Below are positions 55,265 through 64,000 of a DNA stretch of 64,000 nucleotides, piece after piece; within the stretch, counting starts at the first letter, position 1; every line of letters begins with the position of its first letter. Below the pieces are notes generated by a model. That model did no database searches. It had not been told where the DNA came from and saw only the letters and a program-made list of their open reading frames with translations. Position numbers and translations under genes: made by a program. Source of the stretch: Diplonema japonicum (lineage: Eukaryota > Protista > Euglenozoa: Diplonemea); contig OZ025736.1 of NCBI GenBank assembly GCA_964019335.1, forward strand, positions 124,001 to 188,000, read 5' to 3'.

Positions 55265-55701
55265 CGCGTACCATGTGCACCTGCAGACTGCATTGAGGGG
55301 TCAAGTAAAAGAAACGAATAAGTGCCGCAGGATGGGTTGGGTACCTATGATTCTTTAAGGGGAGAAAGAATGGAAAGACGGCAAAAGACACCTTCTTGAT
55401 TTCTTTAGTTGTGACCCCTTGCATGCTCGCTGCCATGCCTCATTTCCAACATCTCTAAAATAGATGTTGCGAACTATGGAAAAAAGGAACTATGAACCCC
55501 GTCATCAAAAATAAAGCAAAACAACCAGGAAGGGGAACCCATGAGTGAGAATAGGGGGGGGGGGGGGGGGGGGCAAAGTCCATCCTGTCACTCGGTGATC
55601 CTCGAACGCTGTTGCGGAGAGACACGCGGGGTGACAAGGTGCACTCTCAAACAAGGTAAAGGGTTGAACTAAAACGCCCATGGTCCCTTCCTGCTTCCGG
55701 T

Positions 55702-58027
55702 CTAGTCCGAGTCTGTCTCCTCGTCACTGCTACACTTCAGCATCTCAAACAACTCTGCGCAGTCCTCGAGTATCTTCTTATCAAATTCGCTAATGCTACG
55801 TGCCGCCCTTTCTGCCAGTTTTGCACTCTCCCATGCAAGTATTGTTTCTTCGGACAGCACGTCTTTGTCATACAGGGAGTGGATGAACAACCTAATCTTT
55901 TCTTCTATCTCAGGGGAATGCTTTGCAAACTCGATAAGCGTGCTCAAGATCTGTAATATGTTGTACACTCAATCGACACATACCTCCTTCTCAACAGGTA
56001 GACTGTGGAACTTCAGTAGCAGCTTTTTCCATTTTTTAAGCAAGTGTTTGTAGAAACAATTTAAGGGGTCCTCAGCCACTTCTGCAATCTGCAGGAAGGC
56101 CAGCAAACATGCTCGACAGCAGTCGACGATGGAGGCGTCGTACCCGAACTTCACGGAGTTCACCTCTAGTAGCACACCATCGAACTCGAGGTTGCCGCTC
56201 ACTGCACGCTTCACCTGTTGGTTGTTTCAGCAAACTAAGTGGGCATACCGTTGAGATGACTTCTCTAGCAAACTTCTCGTCATGAGTGGCAGGCTCCGAG
56301 CCGTCCGACGACCTGGACGAGCACCCGTCGACAGACGACGCGAAGATTGTGTCTGTGCTGCTTGCGTCAGGATCTTGCGGGATCGACAGCTTGTGGCGGT
56401 CGAGGTTCGCTTCTGTCAGCTCAGACACCCACAATCTGCCCACGCCAGTCTCACCGACAACACCAGGGTCGCCCCCTGAGGACATGATTTCAATTTCCGC
56501 GACTTCATCCCAGTCGTCGTCGTCGCTCTCCTCCGTTGCCTTCACCCTCGTGATGCGGCTGAAGGGCTTCACCACTGTCCCCGCAGCAAGCTTCACACCG
56601 TATGACACAATGGCGTACTTTCCGATAGTGCACCCGTCTCCGATCACAGCACCCGAGCACACCACAGCACTGTCAATCGTGCAGTTGTCACCGATGGTCA
56701 CCTTGCTCCATATCTGCGAGTGTTTTATTGTCACATTCTTCCCCACGGTGGTGTCCTTATTCAAACAGGAGTTCGTCACGCAGCTATTGTCGCTTACACT
56801 GACACCAGGCCCTATAAGGGTGCTGCGCCCTGTGGTAGACGAATGGCTCAGAGTGGCCGTGACATCAATATAGACAGAAGGTTCCCTACTTGCAACACAA
56901 TGGTATTCATTGGCGAAAGGTGCATCGACCACAAGCGGGTACGTCCACCCGTCGACCACGGCCTGGCACACGCTGATGTAGTTCTCGACAGTGCGGACGC
57001 GCTTCACGAAGCTGTTGGGGGGAAGGATCTCGGCCATGATTTTGTTTCCAAGCAGTTCCTCGTTGATGACAGACCTAATGCAGTCCCTCATATCCCTGAA
57101 GTCGGGGTTCTGTTCAAAGAGAAGCATCAGCCCGACAGTGCAGATGGCCATCCCCGTTTCCACTAGGTCACTTCTCATATTGAGTGTAGGGTACTTCGAG
57201 AATAACTCCATGTCCAGTCCCACACGCACCTTGTCTTTCCTGCCAGACGACTCAGACCCAGACCCAAAAGAGCTCTCGTCGTCTGAGGAATCGTGTGCTG
57301 CCTTGGTGTTTGTCTCCACCCATGCGTGATATTGCAGCATGTTATTCGTCAGAGGGTCAAGGATCACAGTCACACGCTCCTCGCGCAGGATGCCGAACGT
57401 GTCGTCTTGCTCCGCAACCTGCTGCTCTTCGGGGTTGACAACAAGGTCTTCGTCGCTGTGTGCAGTGGCCATCTTCTGCGTTGCGGCTTTGATGATAGAC
57501 TCCTTGACGAGGTTGTCCCTGCCGCGGTACATGGGGGCAGAATCTTCGTTGAGGAGGAGAGTCATCAAGATAGAGGGGTCTGCTTCCCTCTTGTTCATGT
57601 GCTTCCTCCATATTTGTTTCAGGTTACTCACATTCGCGATGATATCACCGGTAATGAGCACGAAATCCCTCCTCACCACGTCGTACCCGCTCAGTTCTCT
57701 CAGTGCTTCTGCAAGACAGGTGCTGGACTTCGACACCAGGATGCTGACTTTGACGTCGTGCTGCTGCCCCCATCTGCCCTCCGTGATGTGCTTCGAGATG
57801 ATGTCGCTGTGTGCACAGCTCATGACGTATATCTGTTCTATTCCATTCGAGATCAGGAACTCTATTGTGTAGTCCAGCAGCACAATCCCCGCCACAGGCA
57901 TCATCGTGCGCGGGCCCTCCAAAGTGACGGGTTTGAAGTCCTCAGTGAATGAGTCGGCCATAATAACAGCGTTCAGGTCCATCATCTCTTTCTCCTTCTC
58001 TTTTCCTCCTGACTTTCCCCGCGACAT
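55702..58027 (-). CDS. EIF2B5: Translation initiation factor eIF2B epsilon subunit
   Basis: AVIMADSF...FKPVTLEGPRTMMP, hexapeptide left-handed beta-helix repeats and a W2 domain (LYDKDVLSEETILAW). Introns at 56215-56248 and 55951-55983; ATG at 58027. Confidence 0.93.
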
Positions 58028-59194
58028 CTTACCTACCTGTGTGGGATAGTAGTAAATAAACAGTGGTGAGGGTATAAAATGAATAGATGGGGCAGGAAAG
58101 GTACGCAGGTGGCGGGGGCCGTGTAAGTATGTATTGCAATAAGGGAAGGTGTGAGGGGAGGGGAGGTGCGTATGTGAATGTGGAAGAAGAAATACCATAG
58201 ATAAATAACATGTGCATGGTGACTCCGAAAGGACGGTGGCTACCGTGCTTTTATTACAACCCACCACTTCAGAGGCTGCCCCACGAGTGTAAATGAGGTG
58301 GTGGGAGCTACCAGACCACGGTTCCACACCGGTGGCAGTATCACACCACCACAGAGACTGCCTGACCCCCAGCCAGTCCCTGCAAAGAGAAACGACACAC
58401 CACTCTTCCGTGTGCCTTGTAACTAAATATTGCTGTTGCTTCGCAAGGAGGGGTAAAAAAGGAAAAAAAAACAAAAGAAGAAAACAAAACGTCATTCTGC
58501 ACTTTTTCGCAGATTTCTGAAATATTTTTTCTGAACTCTTTTTTATTATTATTTTTTTTCTTTCCAACCCACCCATTGCATGCCACACAGGCAAAGGGGA
58601 AGAAATAAAAGGAGAAGAAAGGAGACCATAGTCAGTGACGCCAGCAAAAATGAAAAAGAAACAATAAAAGCATGTACCCCCCCCTAAAAAAAGTGGAGCC
58701 CTAACATGTTTACAAACAGTTTGATGGCTGTTACAAAGGACGATAGGGGGGGGGCACAGTTGAGAAGTTGAAGGGGGAAGGAAAACGGAAAATGAAAAAA
58801 AAAAGGAATAAAAAGGAACGTGCTCCGCACCAGGCCCAATCAATGTAGCTAACACTCACGAATTTGATTCTATTTTTTTCTTCTCCTTTTTCTCTTTATT
58901 TTGAATTTTTTTTATCACGCCTTTTCGTCATTTTCTTTAAGATGTATTGTAACAAGGCAAGGTGTGAAGGGGGTTCCGGCATCAACCATCGTCTGATGCC
59001 TTGCGGCCATGCCGTGTCGCAGATTGATAACAACTCTGGTTGCAGGAACTGCAGGCCATGAGAGCCTTATGACAAATTATGGGCCACAATTCAAAAAAAA
59101 AAAAAAAAAAAAAAGTCCCTGTGTACCCTCATGGAAAAAAGAAAAATTCGGAAACTCAAGTTAAATCATGACTCATAATTTGGTATAAGTAGTA

Positions 59195-59407
59195 CTGTAA
59201 AAAAATGGGAAAAGTGCCGGACTGACAAATGTTCAAGTTTTTCTTTCCCGCATCAGTAGGGTAGGGAAGGGAAGGGTAGGGTAAGGTAGGGTAGGGGAGG
59301 GAAGGGAAGGGACCATTCAGTCCAAAGGGGGAATTTTTCTTTAAAACCACTGAATGAGCTTTTTTGAAGCTCGGGAATTTGTCAGTCTGGCGTTTTTCAT
59401 TTTACAG
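59195..59407. mobile_element. MITE with CTGTAAAA termini (Tc1/mariner-pogo type)
   Basis: The left end TA|CTGTAAAAAAATGGGAAAAGTGCCGGACTGACAAAT matches the reverse complement of the right end, CTGTAAAATGAAAAACGCCAGACTGACAAAT. The right flank is TC rather than TA. Confidence 0.75.
59257..59311 (+). repeat. (WAGGG)n G-rich tract, potential G-quadruplex
   Basis: About 11 TAGGG/AAGGG-like units inside the MITE. Confidence 0.7.
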
Positions 59408-59846
59408 TCTTTTTTTCCTCTGTCCTTGTTCCTTCTTTTTGTACAGGCGTCTAGGGCATGTCACCCTAGCATTGCCACCTGTGGTGGCAGTAATAAGAAG
59501 GGGAGAATAAAATGAAGGGACGTGTAAATGTACTAAGCAGAAAAGTTGACTCTCTTTGGTATGCTGTAATCAGTCCTAGACAGGCGTCCTGCAAAATGAA
59601 CGGGTGACACATTGGAGGAGGGGGAAGGAAAAGAGGACGGAAAGAAAAAAAGGGAAAGGGGGGAAATAAAAAAGAATGCACAGTGATACCTATTACCACT
59701 TATTAACAAGAGGTGCAGCCCTTCCACGACAGTTCTTTCTGTTTTCGGAGTAAAAAAAAAAGAAGGTGAGGGAGGAGGAAGGGAGGAAGGACCAATGAAA
59801 CAACCCCCTTTGCCGTGCACCAGTGTAAAGGGGCAGCTAGCAGAGA

Positions 59847-59887
<41 letters not shown>

Positions 59888-60008
59888 CTCGTTTTCATTT
59901 ATTTTTCTCCTTCTTTCTTTTTTTTCATTTTTTTTCTTCATTTGATCTTTTTTCTTAAAATCCAACTTTTTTGTTCTCCGTGTAGCGTGTAGTGATGGGA
60001 AGAAGCCA

Positions 60009-62003
60009 TTAGGCCAGGGCGGCAGGTGTAAACAAGTTGCTGACATCCACTTCTGAGTCTACTTTCTTTGCGTACTGTGCGGCAGCTGCCATGAATGCCT
60101 CCCATTCATCAAGGCCAGCAAGAGCCCCTACGATGCCGCAGACCTCTCCCGCAGTTAAAAGTGTCTTCTGGAAGCTTTCTAGTAAGATGCTGCTCGTATT
60201 CTTCCACAGTGTAGGGACGTCGAGCCACAGTTCAGTGCTGATGATCTCTGCAAAGATGTCTTTCAAAGCAGCTGTCACAAGCTCACCTTCCTGCACGCTG
60301 AGAATCGAAAAGATATCGATCAGCGCCCTCCTCTCGTCCGTCATGCGTGTCAGGCTCACAGCAGTCATGAGCTGGCGCTTAAGGACAGCAAATCTGCTTG
60401 GCTTCGGGATCGCCTCCCATTCTTTCTTGAAACTCTCCAGGTCCCAGTTTCCTATGGCGAGGCGCAGGATGTCGGCTGCCTTCCTCTCCACTTCATCAGC
60501 CGTCAGACTCATCTCTTTCTTATAAATAATGTCGTTCTGCATATTTTCCTTTGCCCTCTCCAAACTCACGGCCACATGAGGACCTGCTGCCACGTACTTG
60601 CCGGTTGTGCTAGTGACAGGCAGGATGCCACTCTTGCTGCGACCAAAAGTAGGCTGGCCTGGGGATTTTGAGCAGTGTACCCTGTGCGATCCCAGCAGGG
60701 TCTGGTCCTTGTCGCGCACAGCATCGGCTGCCTCCACTGTCTCGAACTCGAAGAATCCGTACTGCGTGGGGTGCTTGGGGTCGCCGTACATGCTCTTCTT
60801 CACAACCTTGCCATGCGACTCGAGGAAGTCGTTGAGCCCGCCTGAGTTGATGCTGGAGTCGATGCCCGTAATGTACACTGTCTTAGCGGTGCTTCCCTGA
60901 CTGCACAGATTCTTGAGGCAGCCTGTCGACTTCGAGACCTTCAAAGACGTTGCACTGTGCGGGTCCTTTGCAACACGTTCGCTGATCCTTCGCGGTTTCG
61001 TGCCATGCTTTGTGGGCCAGCCATTATGCCTAAGATCCACGATGTTCATGGCCAGAAACCTCGCCCTAGGACAGGGGTGGCCTGTCGACAGCTTTTTGAA
61101 CTTCCCGAAGTACCTGTCCATGTACTGAGCAGCTGCAGGCCTGTCCATCCGCTTCCCTGCTGTCTCCATCAGTTTGCATACCGTCTCGACATCCTCCTCG
61201 CTAGGATCCTCCGCGTCCTCCTTCACACCCATGTTCAGTAGCCTCTGCACAACAATGTGAACAATCTGCTCTGGCATCAGCTTTCGCTTGAACAGCTCCG
61301 CTATCAGTGTTATATTTCCCAGCTTTCTCAGTTTGCCGGCCTTCGTGCTGGAGTCGTTCTCCTTGCTCATATGCTCCTGTTGGCACAGGTCGAGGAGGAG
61401 CGCCTGGAACCTCTGCTTGGACGTCTTGATGACAGGGTCGTCCTTGTCCTCTCCAGACTCAACGTTGTCTATTTTGTCAAGATAGCTGTGCAGAGAGGCG
61501 CATAGCTCTGCATAAGTGGATGAAAAGGCAGGCTCGGAGAGGGCCTTGTCGAAAATGATTGGCGTGACTTTGCTGAGGACGTCCTTCATCGACGTGTTGG
61601 AGCACTTTACTTCTGTGATAAGCTGCTTCAGCAGTTCCTTGAAGAGTTTGTCGAACTTCTCTGGAGTGAACCTGTTGAGAATCCCTGTGACCTTCCTCAC
61701 AAAGGTGTTCTCGCCTGTCAAGCGGCGGAGTGCGCTCCCTCCTTTTGGGCGCGTGAGGAGCTCCTCGTAGACACTATCGCACCTCTTCCCAACACTGTCG
61801 TCTGTTATATCATTGCTAGCATCGTTGACCCACGTGTCCTTCCCCCATTGGTCCCTCGGGTGGCACTCGGAGCTCTCATCGCCGTGTGACAAGTCTATAA
61901 TGACGTTCGTCTCGGGGTCCACAATGGCCACAGCGGCACTGAACTTCTTGGAAGGCTTGCTCACAGGCAAGTTTTCATGATGGTCGCTAAAGTAGATGGC
62001 CAT
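60009..62003 (-). CDS. eIF4G-like protein: MIF4G + RRM + C-terminal helical (MA3-like) region
   Basis: Motifs KVTGILNRFTPEKFDKL, IFDKALSEPAFSSTYAELC, LGNITLIAELF and RARFLAMNIVDLR, then an RRM (TVYITGID...YGFFEF). The start is uncertain; first in-frame ATG is 62003. Confidence 0.88.
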   Translation of the reverse strand: MAIYFSDHHENLPVSKPSKKFSAAVAIVDPETNVIIDLSHGDESSECHPRDQWGKDTWVNDASNDITDDSVGKRCDSVYEELLTRPKGGSALRRLTGENTFVRKVTGILNRFTPEKFDKLFKELLKQLITEVKCSNTSMKDVLSKVTPIIFDKALSEPAFSSTYAELCASLHSYLDKIDNVESGEDKDDPVIKTSKQRFQALLLDLCQQEHMSKENDSSTKAGKLRKLGNITLIAELFKRKLMPEQIVHIVVQRLLNMGVKEDAEDPSEEDVETVCKLMETAGKRMDRPAAAQYMDRYFGKFKKLSTGHPCPRARFLAMNIVDLRHNGWPTKHGTKPRRISERVAKDPHSATSLKVSKSTGCLKNLCSQGSTAKTVYITGIDSSINSGGLNDFLESHGKVVKKSMYGDPKHPTQYGFFEFETVEAADAVRDKDQTLLGSHRVHCSKSPGQPTFGRSKSGILPVTSTTGKYVAAGPHVAVSLERAKENMQNDIIYKKEMSLTADEVERKAADILRLAIGNWDLESFKKEWEAIPKPSRFAVLKRQLMTAVSLTRMTDERRALIDIFSILSVQEGELVTAALKDIFAEIISTELWLDVPTLWKNTSSILLESFQKTLLTAGEVCGIVGALAGLDEWEAFMAAAAQYAKKVDSEVDVSNLFTPAALA

Positions 62004-62845
62004 GTGTAGTGTAAATGGTACTGTTGTGTGTGTATTCGCTGCAGGGTGAAGCAAAAGTATATTGAAAGAAAAGAAAGCGTAATCGATCTACTCAGGTGAC
62101 TCTATCTACTTAGCCGGTCGCGAGGAAAGCAGAAGAGAGGACTGAGTGGCGCCGGGATTGCGTTCAGAAGACAAGGCAAGGGAATGCAACTCGCTTCAAA
62201 CCAGCATGGTTTCTTCTATTTCGTCTTTCCCCCCCCCCCCCTTTTTTCCCCTTCCTTTTCCTTCCTCTTTTTTTCTCTTTCAAATGTAATTTGAGTAAAT
62301 GATAAGAACTAGTCATCCCTGTGTAAGAATTAATTCTACTTCATTAGGATTTACATTGTTTTTTTCTTCTTCTTCTACCTCCCGCACTTCTTTTTCTTTG
62401 CTCAAACGAAAAAACAACAAGTTCAAAACAACTCCCCCCCCTCCCCTTTTCTTCTCTTTTTTTTCAGTGAAGAAAAATCGGACATTGGCACGTTTGTCTA
62501 GTGGCTTTATGGTTCGATACTGCGAAAGGCAGAAACGGCCAATAGATACTCCGGATGAGCTCATATTGTAATAACTCTCGGATTCTTTGCTCCCTTTGTT
62601 CTTTTTTTGTTTCTTTTTCTCGTTCTAGTAACACGTTTAACAGTCAAAATAAGGAAGAATTTATGGAAAGAAGTATTAGATGGAAGTTCACCGACACATT
62701 AAGTTCAAGGGGGGGAGGCAGGGACAAAACAAAACGAAACATTATGAAATGAAGGTGTCAAGTCAATGCGAGCAGTCTGCCAGCCGAATGGATATGGACC
62801 GGGAGGGCATCACCAACTGGCTGAGCCTGCAGTGCACTGAAAATA

Positions 62846-62935
62846 GAAAAGAAAAGAAAAGAAAAGAAAAGAAAAGAAAAGAAAAGAAAAGAAAAGAAAA
62901 GAAAAGAAAAGAAAAGAAAAGAAAAGAAAAGAAAA
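62846..62935. repeat. (GAAAA)18 microsatellite
   Basis: Perfect pentamer array; it reads (TTTTC)n on the transcribed minus strand. Confidence 0.95.
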
Positions 62936-63032
62936 GAGCACACCCTCAGCTTCTCGTCAAAAAGAAGAAAAAGGGGCCGCAAGACATCCAACAAAGGAAC
63001 TTGTTTCCCTTCACTTGACCTTAAGAAAGATG

Positions 63033-64000
63033 TCACCTAACGGACTTGGTGGACGTTAAGGGACAGACCTTCACAGTGGCAGTGGTGGCAGGGGCGGGGG
63101 CAGAAACAGGGAGTCCTCTCCATGATATCCCGAAGCGTGGTGGTGAGGGGGGCTCGTAACCTATGTACGCGTCAACATCAGGTGCTTCGTACATATTATC
63201 GCAGGATTCATGTGCAGGATTGGGCACAGTGATTGGGGAGAAGTCATCCATGTTGATGGCAGTGTTCACAAAGGAAGGGGGTGCAAGATTTTCTTCTGCA
63301 TGGTTGATGGACTGGTCGGTGGTATCCGCATTCGCACTGCCAGCAGCCCATCTCGCGTCATCGTGAAGCAATTTGTTCCCACAGCAGAGTAGGTGCGCCA
63401 CAAAAGAGCCCTTCAAACCCTTGTAAATCCACACCTTTCTCTCATCGTACAAAAATATGACCAAATCAATCACAAATTTCAGCAAAATCAGATTCATTGA
63501 AACAATGGAAAGATTGCCTGCCCACAGAGCAGACCAGTGGTCCGTGGGGTGGTTCATTCCTATAGCTACCACAATAAAACATGCCATCACCAGCTCCACT
63601 GTTACAATAACTGTCTCGAACGCGTTCTCATACGGAGCTATGTACGGGCGGGAGATGACCAGGACAAGAAGGAATAACAAAAGTAAGCAACACACAATAA
63701 TACCCTTCACTCTGCATTGGTTATATGTCTCTGGCTCATATGCCTCTAGCATTCCCAGCGCAGCGGTGAATATAAGCTCTTTGAAAAGGAACTCCTTTGC
63801 GTGCCTTGCATAGCCGTCGTATACCAACCTGTGCAGCTCCTGCCACGATTCGTCAAGGAACCCGTCGTGCACCGTCCAGCGCTTCTTCCCCCAGAAGAAC
63901 CATCTCATCCAGCTTTGCTCTACAGTCACCTTCTCCACGCTTGTGTGGCCTTCCGCTGTGTGAGCCACCCAAAAAGCGTACACGGGAAGTCCTAATCCGA
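63033..64000 (-). CDS. Multi-pass membrane protein, C-terminal part (5' end outside window)
   Basis: The frame stays open to the window edge, with several TM segments and LVYDGY...F..ELIF and SRPYIAPYEN, reminiscent of TRP-like membrane C-termini. Confidence 0.75.
   Translation of the reverse strand, partial: GLGLPVYAFWVAHTAEGHTSVEKVTVEQSWMRWFFWGKKRWTVHDGFLDESWQELHRLVYDGYARHAKEFLFKELIFTAALGMLEAYEPETYNQCRVKGIIVCCLLLLFLLVLVISRPYIAPYENAFETVIVTVELVMACFIVVAIGMNHPTDHWSALWAGNLSIVSMNLILLKFVIDLVIFLYDERKVWIYKGLKGSFVAHLLCCGNKLLHDDARWAAGSANADTTDQSINHAEENLAPPSFVNTAINMDDFSPITVPNPAHESCDNMYEAPDVDAYIGYEPPSPPRFGISWRGLPVSAPAPATTATVKVCPLTSTKSVR

Noticed and set aside
56072-58855. 927-aa ORF as the eIF2B-epsilon protein
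   Set aside because: The first ~275 codons are low-complexity upstream DNA from a non-ATG start. Homology begins at ATG 58027 and the true C-terminus needs two introns.
59257-59311. Interstitial telomere
   Set aside because: The units are TAGGG/AAGGG pentamers, not TTAGGG hexamers.
8179-63995. Plus-strand ORFs overlapping the genes (e.g. 10349-10987, 23910-24743, 35202-35930, 52577-53305)
   Set aside because: They are antisense shadows of well-supported minus-strand CDSs and show no recognisable motifs.

Overview
Eukaryotic (protist) nuclear DNA, not prokaryotic. From 8.0 kb to the window end, 23 protein-coding genes lie head-to-tail on the minus strand, several only about 65-115 bp apart. 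This kinetoplastid-like layout is combined with many cis-spliced introns, which fits a euglenozoan such as a diplonemid (inference). I reconstructed 32 GT-AG introns by hand (32-64 nt; 22 begin GTATG). Their 3' ends are A/C-rich and U-poor, whereas most gene starts I inspected are preceded by a U-rich tract plus AG, suggesting separate cis- and trans-splice acceptor codes. Recognisable genes are a TRF4-like nucleotidyltransferase, Xaa-Pro aminopeptidase, two MFS transporters, NEK kinase, a carotenoid-oxygenase-like protein, sorting nexin, a UBX protein, SEY1/RHD3, WDR18/IPI3, an FtsX-type permease, SNU114, eIF2B-epsilon, an eIF4G-like protein and two large Cys-rich surface proteins. An unusual Prp31-like Nop + Plus3 + SH3-like fusion gene sits directly upstream of SNU114. 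Homopolymer-rich intergenic DNA holds a decayed pogo-type transposon, a decayed piggyBac, MITEs, a hairpin minisatellite and a candidate structured RNA with complementary loops. All family assignments come from motif recognition by eye; no database search was run.
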